A stretch of DNA of 64,000 nucleotides from Naegleria gruberi. Lineage: Eukaryota. The DNA lies in NCBI GenBank assembly GCA_000004985.1, contig GG738903.1; one strand, written 5' to 3'. The notes under the pieces were generated by a model that saw nothing but the letters and a program-made list of their open reading frames with translations, did no database searches and was not told where the DNA came from. Position 1 is the first letter of the stretch; every line of letters starts with the position of its first letter. A program made the translations under genes and the position numbers. Shown here piece by piece: positions 44,906 through 57,393 of this stretch.

Positions 44906-46285
44906 TTAATTCAAAAGGGAACAAATAATATTTGTAATAGTCTTCCCTCCATCAAAGTCAATGTCGTTTCTTTTGTTTTTCTGTTGTTGTGTTATCATAT
45001 TGTTGAGAACAGTGTTAGCTTTTTCAAACAGTGATGGAAGAGCATTAATAACCACATCTCCTTCTACCTTGGAAACACATGAATCTCCAATGTTTTCTAT
45101 TAAGGCCTTCTCCGTATAAGGGTGTTCTATCATACCATATCGTTCCAAATATAATGTTGGTATCTTGTGGAATAGAACTTCTGTTACAGTACCATATGAA
45201 GTTTTACCAACAAGAACATCAACAGCCAAAAGTAAATCTCTTGCAAAATCAATATTTTCCTTCTCAAGATCTAGGAATGAAAAATTGACAACATTTGGCA
45301 TCCTATTTTCTACAGAACTTCCACACATTACAATTACTATCCAATCGTCTGGAATGTTCCATTCCAATTGCTTTTCTTGAAGAAGGGTTGGTGAAGGAAA
45401 GCTTAACCCACCAAATGAAAACATCATAATCTTGTAATTCTTATTGGAAGGCATCTTGGATTTAGAAATAACCCAATCTTTCATATACTCTTTAGTGTAT
45501 TTTGTATTTTTAATAGTTGTCGTAATAGGCCAACTATTTTCTGTAGACTCGATAATTGTATCCGATCCAAATGGTAATTCGTTTGTAGAGTAAGGCAGTT
45601 GGATAAAAATGTCAGTCTTTCCATGTATAGAGTATAGAGATCTACATTGCTTTACCATGAGTTCCTTTTCTTCCTTTAACTTGGAATAGTTCACATCAAG
45701 TCCATCAATATTTCCAACAATTTCATCTGTACTCTTTGGAAGAGAAATGTGAGACATTGAATGTTCATAAATGTACTCCCAACACCAATTACTTATTCCA
45801 ATAGAGAGCGGCAGGCGACTTTCCAATCCATATTTTCTGTTGAGCCTCTTTGCCATTACTGGAGCAATTTCAGGAACATCCCACACAATTAGCTCAATCT
45901 GGTAAGGTTCCAGAAATTGTTCAATCTCACAAATCATTGAATTTTCAGTTGGAATTCCATTGTGATCCTGTTCATCCCCATACAAACATTCAAAGTGTTG
46001 ACTCCAATGTTTTTTCCATCGCTCAATTGTTTTACAAGGAGATGTTGATACAGAATTTTGTTCCTCAATCAATCCTACAGAAATCTTTGTTCCTAAAATT
46101 CTAATCTGTTGTTCTGGTATTTCCTGAAGTCTCTCCTTGAGGAAGAACCTATTCACTCCACTCACAATATGAAAGATAGCACTCGGGAAGTTTTTATGTA
46201 ATTCATTCAATACTGGAGCAAGCCTAGCAGTATGTCCAATTCCGTGATCCGATATAAAGACAGCAATATGGGAAATATTCATCAT
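44906..46285 (-). CDS. Putative GT-B fold glycosyltransferase (GT1/GT28-like N-terminal G-x-GH motif)
   Basis: N-terminus IAVFISDHGIGHTARLAPVLNEL resembles the glycine/His-rich acceptor-domain loop of MurG/GT1 enzymes; weak. Confidence 0.35.
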   Translation of the reverse strand: MMNISHIAVFISDHGIGHTARLAPVLNELHKNFPSAIFHIVSGVNRFFLKERLQEIPEQQIRILGTKISVGLIEEQNSVSTSPCKTIERWKKHWSQHFECLYGDEQDHNGIPTENSMICEIEQFLEPYQIELIVWDVPEIAPVMAKRLNRKYGLESRLPLSIGISNWCWEYIYEHSMSHISLPKSTDEIVGNIDGLDVNYSKLKEEKELMVKQCRSLYSIHGKTDIFIQLPYSTNELPFGSDTIIESTENSWPITTTIKNTKYTKEYMKDWVISKSKMPSNKNYKIMMFSFGGLSFPSPTLLQEKQLEWNIPDDWIVIVMCGSSVENRMPNVVNFSFLDLEKENIDFARDLLLAVDVLVGKTSYGTVTEVLFHKIPTLYLERYGMIEHPYTEKALIENIGDSCVSKVEGDVVINALPSLFEKANTVLNNMITQQQKNKRNDIDFDGGKTITNIICSLLN

Positions 46286-46457
46286 AAAAAGAAAGTTTTA
46301 ATGGTGTAACAATCTGCCAAGTAAGAGTATCAGAATTTAAATATTATTAAAATGTTGTCGATGGAGGAGTTAAATAGTTGCTGCTGTTTTTTTCAGCTTC
46401 ATCAAGCTTGGCTTCCGACTAGCTATTGTAATCTCGTTGAAAAAATTTAAAAAAAAA

Positions 46458-47365
46458 TGTTGAGACTCAGCAAGAACATTATCCGATCATCAAAGGTGAG
46501 CAATCATTATTGAAGCAAATTATTAAATCATTAATCGACTTGTTCTGTATTTTACTAAAATCTTGTATATGTAAATTTATCATCATCTAAAAATTTAGAA
46601 CACCAGATTTGCTCTTTTGTCTACTCAAAGAGCCACTTACTTTACTGATGCCTTCAGTGAAAGCGATAAATTCGCCAAGGAATTGAACAAAGTACGTCAT
46701 CATCTTGTTTTTATATAATAACCATCAATAGTATCCAGTTATTACCGAAGGTTTCGGTGGTGAATATGCTCAACAATTGTTCAGACACGGTTATAACACT
46801 AGCCAATTGGGATACATCAAGTTGAGTGTACGTACATTGTTCTTATTGTTAATTAATTTATTGTTGATTTTTGATGTTGTGATGATGATTATAAAAATCT
46901 TAGCTCGAAGAAACCTTGTCTTTCTTCAAGAAGGAAGGTACTCCAATCACTCAAAACAATGCCGCTCTTACTAAATTCTTGAAGGATGCTGGTGTTGCTC
47001 CAGAAGTTGCTACTGATTTGTTGACTACTGTCTATCAAAGAGGTCAAGAAGGTATCTTTGATACTATTGTTGCTCAATTCAACAAGTTATACAATGCTCA
47101 TTTCCAAATTGCTTATGGTAAATTGACTTTGCCACAACCACTTTCCACCAAGTATACTACTTTCTTGCACCTTATGAAGATGGCTGCTGTCGGTACCCTT
47201 GCTCCAGTTAAGACTAAGGTCAACTTTACTTCAGACATCTTGCCTTCCGATCTCGGTGGTTGGAGAGCTGACGTCGGTGAAGACTCTATTGATAAGTCTT
47301 TCGTGACAGAGCTCGGTAAGATTATTTCTGATGAAAAGCAAAACTCTGTTTTGAGATCCCTCTAA
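46458..47365 (+). CDS. Four-exon gene, probable mitochondrial protein; possibly ATP synthase OSCP (subunit O/5)-like
   Basis: Exons approx 46458..46496, 46598..46690, 46738..46826, 46905..47365 with GTGAGC/GTACGT donors; N-terminus MLRLSKNIIRSSK looks like a mitochondrial presequence; C-terminus DLGGWRADVGEDSIDKSFVTELGKI resembles OSCP C-terminal GG..V.GD..D.S..TKI.KL. Confidence 0.4.
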
Positions 47366-47467
47366 ATGTAGAACAACAACAATAATAATTAAAATGGGCT
47401 TTTGGTCTTGAAGATTTCAGCTTCTATTGCAGATTCTCAAATAAAAATTTAAAAATTCAATAATTTA

Positions 47468-48076
47468 TTAAACATTGGAAGGTAAATTATTGAATGAAAT
47501 TTGGTGTATTTCATTATCACCAAAAATTAAAGCAAAGGAATTGAGAGTGAAATCAAACTGTTTAGCTGATGAAGTTATTTCACTTAATTCCGATCTATAT
47601 TTCTCATCTGTATATGCTATTGAGACATGTGACTCGTTCTCATTGTATGCAATCGTTCCCTTAGTTAATTCTCCACATTTTCTTCTGAATTGAAGAAATG
47701 ACATTTGATCTTCAATGAATTTCTCAATCTTTATACTTGCAAAGAGACAAATCACCTTCTTATCTTTGATTCTATCCACATCTGATACATGAAAAGAGTC
47801 TACCGAAGCCTTGAATGGATATAATTTGTTTTCTGGATTATTTACAAAATCCTTAACTGCTTGAAGAGCAGTTTCCTTGTATTCGTTCGGAATCTTCACA
47901 ACAAGAGTAGAGTGAAAATTGTGTTGTGGTTCTCCTTTAATTTTATGACCATGATTGTCCAATCGCCATTCCTTCTCCACAAGATTATAAATATTTTCGA
48001 ATGATCTGGCAACATCATCTTCCATCTTTAAGCAACTGTACCCAAATTTACGTGGAGCCATTTTTTTTGTAAACAA
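47468..48076 (-). CDS. 2H phosphoesterase superfamily protein (LigT/CPDase-like)
   Basis: Two H-x-T/S-x motifs: FHSTLVVKI and SHVSIAYTD, ~90 aa apart. Confidence 0.5.
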   Translation of the reverse strand: MFTKKMAPRKFGYSCLKMEDDVARSFENIYNLVEKEWRLDNHGHKIKGEPQHNFHSTLVVKIPNEYKETALQAVKDFVNNPENKLYPFKASVDSFHVSDVDRIKDKKVICLFASIKIEKFIEDQMSFLQFRRKCGELTKGTIAYNENESHVSIAYTDEKYRSELSEITSSAKQFDFTLNSFALIFGDNEIHQISFNNLPSNV

Positions 48077-48096
48077 TTAGCAATTTCAAAAGTGCA

Positions 48097-49272
48097 TTAA
48101 TTTATCAAATCATCGAGCCAATCATCTAAATCACCTGCTTTCTCTTGGGTTTTTGGGTTTTCTGGAGATGTTTGTTTTGGCAGTGTTGCTGATGTTGTAG
48201 GAATGGATTGGGTAGAGATTGGAAGGGTTGGGTTAATTGGACTAGTAATTTTCGGAATTGTTGCTGAGCTAGATGAAGGGTTTGGATGCATTGAAAGTAA
48301 ATCATCCAGAATGTCATCATTCTTCAAATCAATTTTAACTGGTTCAACTTTAGGTTTTGGAAGTGTGAAAGTGGTGTGCTTGACTTCATTTTCCATAATT
48401 TCATCCAGAATGTCCATTGAATCGTCTTGTTTCTTTTCTGTAGTTTGTTCTTGTTGGGTGGTTATTTGCTCGACTGGTGCTTTGGTTGGTACACTTGGTT
48501 CTTCTTGCATTGGTTCAGCATCGTTTTCACTATCAGATGAAATATCTTCCACTTGCTGTTGTTGTGTTGTCTTGGATTTCAAATATTGACTAAATGGTAC
48601 AAATGATGATGATGGTACATTTTCGGTATTTTCTTCTGGTGAGCTATTGGATGGGAAAGGTTGAATGTCAATTAACTTTAATCTTCTTTCAACAGAAATA
48701 CTTGGATCCTTGAGCAAAGTTGCCAATTTAGATTGATCCAAGTAGAATAATTTTGACATTATAGAGTCAGCATCTGATGAATCTAATTTTTCTTCTTCCC
48801 ATTCCAATAATCCTCTAGAAGTTCCTGGTGATGCAAATGACTGTGTCAAAGTTACACTATTAGAAATCATCATCATGGTTTCCTTTTCCATTCTATTTAA
48901 TTCATGTTGTAATTTTGCTTGAAATTTCCTTTCTTCTGCTTCTGGTGTTTGCACTTCATCGTCTTCCTCCGATTTAAATCTAAAAGAATTATCAACAAGA
49001 GATCTTTTACCATATTTTGCTCTCTTTAAATTTTCCTCTTGTTGCATCATTTCAAGTTCCTCCTGATCAACATCTTCATTATCATTCACAGTTTGAATGC
49101 TTCTTCTAAATCCAGTACCAGACATTTGTCCAGTGATCATGAAATGTTTATTCGATCGGGATGATGAATGTTGTTGATGTTTCTTGTTTTTAGTATGAAA
49201 CTTGGAAGGCTTCTTCTTGACTTCTCCTCCCGAAGATGATGAAGCATTGGTTTTACTTTTCTTTTCGCTCAT
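48097..49272 (-). CDS. Low-complexity Ser/Thr/Gln-rich hypothetical protein
   Basis: 391 aa ORF, compositionally biased. Confidence 0.35.
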   Translation of the reverse strand: MSEKKSKTNASSSSGGEVKKKPSKFHTKNKKHQQHSSSRSNKHFMITGQMSGTGFRRSIQTVNDNEDVDQEELEMMQQEENLKRAKYGKRSLVDNSFRFKSEEDDEVQTPEAEERKFQAKLQHELNRMEKETMMMISNSVTLTQSFASPGTSRGLLEWEEEKLDSSDADSIMSKLFYLDQSKLATLLKDPSISVERRLKLIDIQPFPSNSSPEENTENVPSSSFVPFSQYLKSKTTQQQQVEDISSDSENDAEPMQEEPSVPTKAPVEQITTQQEQTTEKKQDDSMDILDEIMENEVKHTTFTLPKPKVEPVKIDLKNDDILDDLLSMHPNPSSSSATIPKITSPINPTLPISTQSIPTTSATLPKQTSPENPKTQEKAGDLDDWLDDLIN

Positions 49273-49797
49273 TTTTTTATTTAAATTAATAATTATTTAT
49301 TTTTAATATTAAATAATTTACATTCTGAGTACTATGATGTTGTATCAGTCAATTTAGTATTATACATTGATATTTAATACTACTTTACAATTATTACTTA
49401 TTCCGAAGAATATCCAATGGATAACACAATTTTCCGTTAACATTTTAACATATCAAGTAAAAACAAGTGTGTTTCATCTTTCCATCACTATGAGTCATTC
49501 AATCCTCACAACATTTTATCATTATCTTCACAATATAAGAGTTACAAGTTGTCTTTAAATTCTCTGAGACTCCCTCTCTCTGTTACAAACCTCCAACCCG
49601 AAAATACTATAAATTCTTCTTCATCAATATTTTGCGCTTCTTTGAAAAAAAAGCCTTGATTGGATCAAAGGAAGCGCACACTCAAAGATAATTGTAGGTA
49701 CCCTCCTAAAGTTTTTGGAACTAAAAAGCCTTTTCGTTAATGTGATGATGTTGTTGTTGTGGTGTGAATTCATTAATTATCGTAACGGAATAGAAAG

Positions 49798-51918
49798 ATG
49801 AAGACTAAATATGTTTTGGTGATTGGTGGTGTTATTTCAGGACTTGGTAAGGGTATCATTGCCAGTTCCGTCGGTAGATTGTTGAAGGAAGCTGGTCAAA
49901 ATGTTACTAGTATCAAGATTGATCCATATATTAACATTGATGCTGGTACTATGTCTCCTTATGGTATGTTTTTCATATTTACATGATGATGTTCATTCTT
50001 ATTCTTTTCTACTTGTGCTATCTTCTCATTTGCTATTTGCCTTCTTGCATCCAAACGAACACTGTCCACTCTGCTTTGTTGTCTTAACTTTCCATTGAAT
50101 GAAACTGTGTGGGTCGTTGTGAAATTTTTTTTGATGCACATTTTGTTTGTATTTTGCTCTTTCCTCAATATGACCTTGTTTGGTGCTGTGATATCTTCGT
50201 CAATAATGGGCTCACTTTTCACACAATCTTTTTCACATGTACACTCTATAGAACATGGTGAAGTTTATGTTTTAGATGATGGTGGTGAAGTTGATTTGGA
50301 TTTGGGTAACTATGAAAGATTCCTTAATTTGAGACTCCACTCTGATAACAATCTTACTACTGGTAAGATTTACAAGTCTGTCATTGAAAAGGAAAGAAGA
50401 GGTGACTACTTGGGAAAGACTGTTCAAGTTGTTCCACACGTTACTAACGAAATTCAAGAATGGATTCGTCGTGTTTCTCTCGTTACTACAGATGTTGCCA
50501 TCTTGGAAAAGCATCCATCATCTAATCCTGATGTCTGTATTATTGAATTGGGTGGTACCATTGGTGATATTGAAGGAATGCCTTTCATTGAAGCTTTGCG
50601 TCAATTCCAACAAAAGGTTGGAAGAGAAAACTTCTGTTGCATTATGGTCAGTTTGGCTCCTGCTATTACTTCAGACAGTGAACAAAAGACTAAGCCAACC
50701 CAACAATGTGTCAGAGAATTGAGAGCTGTTGGTTTCTCACCAGATTTCATTGTTGTTAGATCCGAAGAAGTTTTGCAAAAGGCTGTCAGAGAAAAGATTT
50801 TCAACTTTTGTGGTGTTGAAAGTGTTGACCACGTTATTGGTTGTCACAATATGAGAAATCTCTTGGCTGTTCCAGAATTGCTTGCTCAACAAGGACTCGG
50901 TAAATTGATTCAAAAGAGACTTGGTTTGCAACAAAAGAGTGATTTGCAATTCGATCAATTGCCAACATGGTCCACTTTTGTTTCCAAGTTCGACCAAGTT
51001 GATACTCAAAAGACTGCTACTAGAATTGCCATTGTTGGTAAATATACTGAACAACCTGATGCTTATCTTTCCATTCAAAAAGCATTCCAACACTCAAGCT
51101 TAATGTTGGGAGAAAAGATTGAACTCGTTTATATTGAAGCCAGTAATTTGGAACCAACTGAATGTACTGCTGAAGATGAAACTTCTTCTCAATCATCAGA
51201 TACTGAAGTTTACTCGACTAATTGGGATTTGCTCAAATCATGCCATGGTATTTTGGTTCCAGGTGGTTATGGTATCAGAGGTACTGAAGGTAAAATTGCT
51301 GCTGTCAAGTATGCCAGAGAAAATAATATTCCATACTTGGGTATTTGTTTGGGTATGCAATTGGCAGTTGTTGAATTTGCTAGAAACGTTCTCGGATATA
51401 GCAATGCCACTAGTGAAGAATTCAATGGTGAACAAGAAGAATCAGAAAAGAAGCACAGAAAGAAGAGAGTCGATCCAAAGAATGTCATTGTTTACATGCC
51501 AGAAATTTCCAAGACTCATTTGGGTGGTACCATGAGATTAGGTTCAAGAACTACCATCTTTGTCAATTCACCTGTTGGAGATGATAGCGAAATTGAAAAC
51601 CTTGAAGGATCTCTCTTATCTAAGTCAAAGATTTTCGAATTGTACGGTAAGAAGCCAAGAACTAATGAAAGACACAGACACAGATATGAAGTCAATCCAA
51701 ATTTGGTTCCAGAATTCACAAAGCAAGGACTTATCTTTGTTGGTCAAGATACCACCAGACAAAGACAAGAAATTTGTGAAATTTTGACTCATAACTACTT
51801 TGTTGCTGTCCAATACCATCCAGAATTCCAATCAAGCTTGGAAAATCCAAGTCCACCATTTGTTGGTTTGGTTAAATATTCTGCCGAACAAAAGAGAAAG
51901 GTAGAAACTCAACAATAA
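49798..51918 (+). CDS. CTP synthase, join(49798..49963,50252..51918)
   Basis: Exon 1 [30 protein letters not shown]...DAGTMSPY joined (GTATGT..TATAG, 288-nt intron) to [26 protein letters not shown]; C-terminal glutamine amidotransferase domain [16 protein letters not shown]. Confidence 0.92.
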
Positions 51919-52029
51919 TTGCGATGTAAATAAAATTTTGTACAAACAAACATTCAGTTTGAACTTTAATAAATTATTTTGTTGAGATTTTAAGGTGTTG
52001 GCTTAATTAGAAGCAACTACCTTTAACAT

Positions 52030-53105
52030 TTATCTGATATCATCAAAGTATCTGTGTTCCAAAGCTTCCTTTGCAGTGATACGCTTATTTGGTTGATAGA
52101 TCAACATACGCTTAAAAGGTCAATTAGATCAAAATAATTATTTAAAAAACTTACACCCAAAAGATCAATACCAGCTTCACAAAGGTTTGGAACCAAACCA
52201 CCAATGAAATTACCACGCCAGTTAGGGAAGATTGCCTTCCAGTTTGGTAATGAAGTAACACCACTCCACACAGTTTCTGATGGTGTGCCCAATAATTGGA
52301 AGATCTTGTAGAGCATATCAATTTCAGAGTCTGCTGGGAATAATGCTTGTCCAGTACATAATTCAGCAAAAATACATCCAATACTCCACAAATCGATTGG
52401 TGTTGAGTATCTCTTGGCACCCAACAAAATTTCAGGAGCTCTATACCATAATGTTACGACTTCATGAGTGAGAGTTCTTGTTGGAATTTGGAATGCACGA
52501 GCCAAGCCAAAATCGGCCAACTTGATATCGCCTTCAGAACTGATTAAAATATTTTGTGGCTTCAAGTCTCTGTGAATAATTCTTTGGGAGTGGCAGAATG
52601 CAATACCTTTGAGGATTTGGAAGAGGGTAGTCTTCACATCTTGTGGAGGAATGGTTTGTTTGAGAACTTTTCTATAATAGTCAGTCTTTTTCTTTAAATC
52701 GTGATCAATAAATTCAAAAACAAGATTAAGTTGTTGGTCGCAGTGAATAACTTGATGAAGTCTCACAACATTTGGGTGGTTCAATTCTTTTAAAAGAGAA
52801 ATTTCTCTGATTGAAGTGGAAGGAACACCTTCATCTTCTTGTTCGAGTCTGACTTTCTTCAGGGCTACAATTTGTCCAGTTTGTGTATCTTCGGCCTATT
52901 CATTATTATTACATAATATAGTATTATTTGAAAAAGTATGAATAAGAGTCAATTCAAAAATTGATACAAACCTTGTAGACAACTCCGTAGGTTCCTTCAC
53001 CAACCTTTTCCAACTTTTTATACCTCAAAAGCTTTTGGGAGACTGGAGAGTATTGTTGCTTTTCACTCATGGAGAATTGATCCTCTGGACTTGCAGTGAA
53101 TGACA
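52030..53105 (-). CDS. Cyclin-dependent kinase (PSTSIRE motif), about 3 exons
   Basis: [45 protein letters not shown] | [46 protein letters not shown]...[11 protein letters not shown]...DFGLARAF...WYRAPE... | [26 protein letters not shown]; introns approx 52905..52977 and 52086..52139. Confidence 0.88.
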
Positions 53106-53546
53106 TGATGTTTATGATGGAATAATAATTTAATAAATATATTTAACAGGAAGGGAAATGTTAGATCGACTATAGAATGTAGACACAATATGTTACAATT
53201 TATAGACAATGGAAAGAGGAGCGCGAATATAATCAGCAAAATAGTACTATCAATCAATGATTGCGTTTATTTGCTGCTTTGGAGTGAGAGGAAGAGAGTA
53301 GTGTGTTTGATTTTTTTTTGTTGCTTTTTTTGAAATTGAATTGTACCTAAAAAATGGCGCCAAAATCAAAATAACGGAAGGCATACATGACTGAAAAGTT
53401 AAGCACTTGTCATGACACTTGACGCAAACAGGTTTGGCAGAAAGAGTCTTTGGGTGTAAATTCCGATAGATACTGTAGTGATCTTTTGATCGTAATACTG
53501 CTAGGTTGTGAAAAATATTCGAAACGTGATATTTATAATTAAGGAA

Positions 53547-54418
53547 CTATTCCTTAATTGAGTACTTGACGTTTTGTTCAGTTTTTTTCTGGTTTTGTTT
53601 CTGTATCCAATCGTTCATATCTTTTTGTTTTTTAGCTTCAGCTTCTTCAATGATGAGTTGTCTTTCCCTACTTTCTGCTTCACTACCACCAATTGACCAA
53701 GCAATGGCACATCGTTTCTCATCTGTTGTGACTTGTTTATCATCTAAATGATTCAGAGAGGGTATTCTTGAGATGATTGTCTTTCTTTAGTTTTTCATCG
53801 AGTTGGTTATTGGATTTCCCTTCAGATAAAGAACATTCAATTTAGGGAGCTGTGACAATATATCAAGAATTTTTGGATCCTCAATATAATTATTGGAAAG
53901 ATCAATCAACGTTAAATGTTTACAATGTATCAAACTCTTCAAATTTTGAGCATTTTCCAACTTGTTTTTTTGTAACTCTAAACTCTCCAACAATGGACAC
54001 ATTTCAATGCCATCCAAATTTTCCAATCTATTTCTCGCCATATTCAATACTTGCAATTTTTCCAAACTTGCCAAATTCTCAATCCTACTAATCCAATTAT
54101 CATGCAAATAGAGACAAGTTAACTTGCTAAAATGATCCAAATTTTCAATCTTACTAATAACATTTCCATTCAACCACAGGGAAAGCAGAAGAAAATTTCC
54201 AAATTTTCAATAACCTTAAATCCCATCTCGTGCAAATATAAAACCTCATTGAGAGAGGGCTCTCCGTAGAGTCCCCTCCGAGAGCAAACCGAGGCGATTG
54301 TCTCATCGACTGATGTTGATAATATTGTTGTTGTTGATTTTGAAACATTTTTTACAGTTTGGTTCAAAAAATTGGCGCCAAATTTTTCTTTTTTCATCTC
54401 TTCAATTTCCAAGTTCAT
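53547..54418 (-). pseudogene. SDS22/PP1-regulatory-subunit-7-like LRR protein gene with an in-frame TAA (53787..53789) and an apparent 1-nt frameshift (~54195); pseudogene or sequencing errors
   Basis: 22-aa LRRs with IENL motifs (KVIENLEIF, ISKIENLDHF, ISRIENLASL), LRRcap GNPITNSMKN*RKTIISRIPSLNHLDDKQVT where TAA replaces the expected Tyr (TAT/TAC) of the NP....YR motif; upstream repeat periodicity only maintained if frame shifts by one. Confidence 0.45.
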
Positions 54419-54446
54419 ATTTTATGTTTTGTAAAGTTTATGAACA

Positions 54447-55562
54447 ATGAGGAGTTTCGAATGGGGAATTAGTAAATTTTATAAAAAAATGTCTGTTCCT
54501 CCTCCACCTGGTGGCATTCCATCAATGCCACTCGTCAAACCTGTTGAGAAAACAACCTCACAACCAAAGAGTAGTTTACAAAAATCTTCACTATCTCTTT
54601 CCGAAGCCAAAACTCATCCTCTCGATATTCCAATTGATTGGTCCAATATTCAAAATGTATTCCTCTCCTCCAATCAAACTTCAGGAATTTTATTTGTTGA
54701 AACTCAAGAGAAAGATCATGTGGTTGTGGTGAAGGCAACCTCAACCATAGCTCAGGAAATTTATGGAGGAAAGATTGCTGAATTTTTGGGATTGAAAACA
54801 CCACAAGTAAAGCTAATGGAATACAGAGCTGATTTTAAGAATCCCATTAAAAAGTATTGGGCCGATTGTAAAAAGTATTTGAAAGAATTTACTGTGAAAT
54901 ATGGAATGAGTGTTGAACAGAGAAAGATTGAGAAGGAGTTGTTTAGAGCTTTCTTCTTGTTGATGGAGTTCATTGAGGGAGCAACAAGTTTGGATGATAT
55001 AATGAGTGACGAAAGTATTGGAAAGTCACTTTTGGAAAATGAGCAAGTTTGTGAGGATTTTGGTGGAATGATAGTGTTGGACATTATTCTGAATAATTGT
55101 GATAGATTACCACTTGATTTGATATGGAATCATGAAGGTAATTCGTCCAATATTCTATTTTCTCCCAAGCTGCAAAGATTAGTTCTAATTGACCAAGCAT
55201 TTATGGCAATAATTAATGAGGGTCAGAAACAGACCTACTTTAAAAAGATAGAGTCTTTCTCAAAATGTTGTTCAGAAGAAACTCTTTCCAATAATCCATA
55301 TTTAGACCAAGTTGTTGACTATATTTACAATTGCACTGGATACAAGATGAGCGATCAAGCAAAGGAAAATATTCACAAAGGAATTTTGAAATCCATCGAG
55401 AAATTAAAATCAATCAATAAGGAAACATTACAAGGATTCAAAACAGAAGTGGAAATGATGAAAACAGGATCAGATTGGGAATCAACGTATTTCAATTCTG
55501 TATTAACTATTGATATTGATTTTCTCTATGAAGCCATTCAAAAGATGACCAATATTCAATAA
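54447..55562 (+). CDS. Atypical protein-kinase-like fold protein (unclassified)
   Basis: HVVVVKAT (beta3 Lys-like), LMEFIEGATSL (hinge-like), MIVLDIILNNCDR (catalytic-loop-like D....N), LVLIDQAF (DFG-like); assignment speculative. Confidence 0.3.
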   Translation: MRSFEWGISKFYKKMSVPPPPGGIPSMPLVKPVEKTTSQPKSSLQKSSLSLSEAKTHPLDIPIDWSNIQNVFLSSNQTSGILFVETQEKDHVVVVKATSTIAQEIYGGKIAEFLGLKTPQVKLMEYRADFKNPIKKYWADCKKYLKEFTVKYGMSVEQRKIEKELFRAFFLLMEFIEGATSLDDIMSDESIGKSLLENEQVCEDFGGMIVLDIILNNCDRLPLDLIWNHEGNSSNILFSPKLQRLVLIDQAFMAIINEGQKQTYFKKIESFSKCCSEETLSNNPYLDQVVDYIYNCTGYKMSDQAKENIHKGILKSIEKLKSINKETLQGFKTEVEMMKTGSDWESTYFNSVLTIDIDFLYEAIQKMTNIQ

Positions 55563-55678
55563 TAAAGAGTCAAATCACCAATAAAATCAGCCCACCACAC
55601 GAAAATTAACTTTGTTTCGGATTTGATTCGTTCTAACAGTATTTCACCTTCCAATTTGAGAAAACAATTTCAAAAAAA

Positions 55679-57203
55679 ATGTCCAAACATGCAATGCTCA
55701 CAAATTATGGACACAAGCTGTGCAGTTTATTCACCAAAGGATCCCAATTGCAATTCCTTTTGATCAAACGACCACAATTCAGCGACGACAATCGTGGTTT
55801 TGCAATTCAACAAAATGACGACCTGAAAGGACACCGAAAGATTACCATAGAATCAAATTTTCCAGTCGGTGGACGAATGAATAAATCATTGGAGGAGAAT
55901 TATCATGTATTGGGTGGTGCTGATAGTGGTGGTGATGGTCAAGGATTGAAATTCCTTACTCAATCATTGGATGCTTTTGAAAAATGTTATCAAGTGGTCA
56001 ATCGGATGAGTTTGGAAAAGAATGATGAAAGAGTTGAGGTACAAAAAGTGAGCTATCTTTTGGGAAGATCACAAGTTGGGTTGTACATGATAAGGGACTT
56101 GATGAGGGATGGATTGACGACTGAAGAGTTTGAGTCTTCACATGAGTTATATTTGGATAATCTACCAAAAATTGGAATATCTATTGATGGTAAAGATGTT
56201 TCAAAGCTTGATTCGCCATCGATGAGACATGCACTATGGTTATGGCATTTGGAAAGGTTGATTTCCTTTGGTGACAATTTCACAAGGGAGAAACTAATTG
56301 CATTGTTCTATCTCATTATTCACACAATGTGGAATAGAGAACCAACTTACTCTCTTCATTACATGAGGTTATTTACTAATGAATATTCAAAGACGAAGAA
56401 GTTGTACACTAGCATATTGGGAGATTCATTGACGAACACGTGGTCTCAAGTTTTGGGCAGAATTTTCACAGAAAATGAATTTGATAATTTCAATGATTTG
56501 GATAGTGAGCTTCCTGTAAACCTTAAAAGTATGTATCATATATTCTCTGCGTTTATTTCATTTGCAGACAGTGAAAGCATTCCTGTCGACACTTATTTAA
56601 GAGCTTTGGATAAAGAGCAAGTGAATAATCCACTCAACACATACATTCCATTTATGAAAGTAATGATGGAAGATCAATTTGAAGACATTGAAACTGTATT
56701 GAAAATAATGGAGAAATCACCAATAACTAATCATCAAGCTAATGAAAAGAGATATGGAAAGTGGTGGACTATTTTTGAGTGAAAAGCATGAAAATATTGA
56801 GAGAATTAAGGATTTTAAATTCTATCCAGTTCTTTATTGGAAAGCTTGTGCTGTCAGTGAGCCATCATCTGATCGAGATTTGTCAGATATGAGAAATTTT
56901 GTAAAGCAACTTGAATTCTTCTCTGGAATGCCATCTCATTGTAAATTGTTAAATCTCAAAATAATGGATGAATATAATCATGGAAATTATGAACGAGTTT
57001 TGGAAATATTCAACTTCTCTGAAAAGCATTTCCATTCCCAAATCAAAATGGATGATGATTACTGTTCCACTTTTTATGGATGCCAAGCTTTACATAAATT
57101 AGGAAGAAAAGAAGAAGCACTTTCAATAATTCAAAAGAAAGTAACAAGATACGGTTCAATAGAAACATCATTTCATGAGTTGTTTTCAATTGTTAATAAA
57201 TAA
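55679..57203 (+). CDS. Hypothetical protein; two overlapping ORFs (55679..56782, 56742..57203) probably one gene with frame discontinuity
   Basis: ORFs overlap by 41 nt in different frames; no recognisable domains. Confidence 0.3.
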
Positions 57204-57393
57204 ACGAGAAAATAACCTATGATGTTGTCATTTCTCAAACATGTCAGTATGTTGGCCACATCCAAAATATCACGGGATGGATTTCAAATCACGAAAAGAG
57301 GAAATGTGGTAAATTTTAGAAATTACAAGTAAACTAATTTTTGTAACCTCTCAAAGATTAGTTTCGTTTCTGATATTAACACAACTAAAAAAA

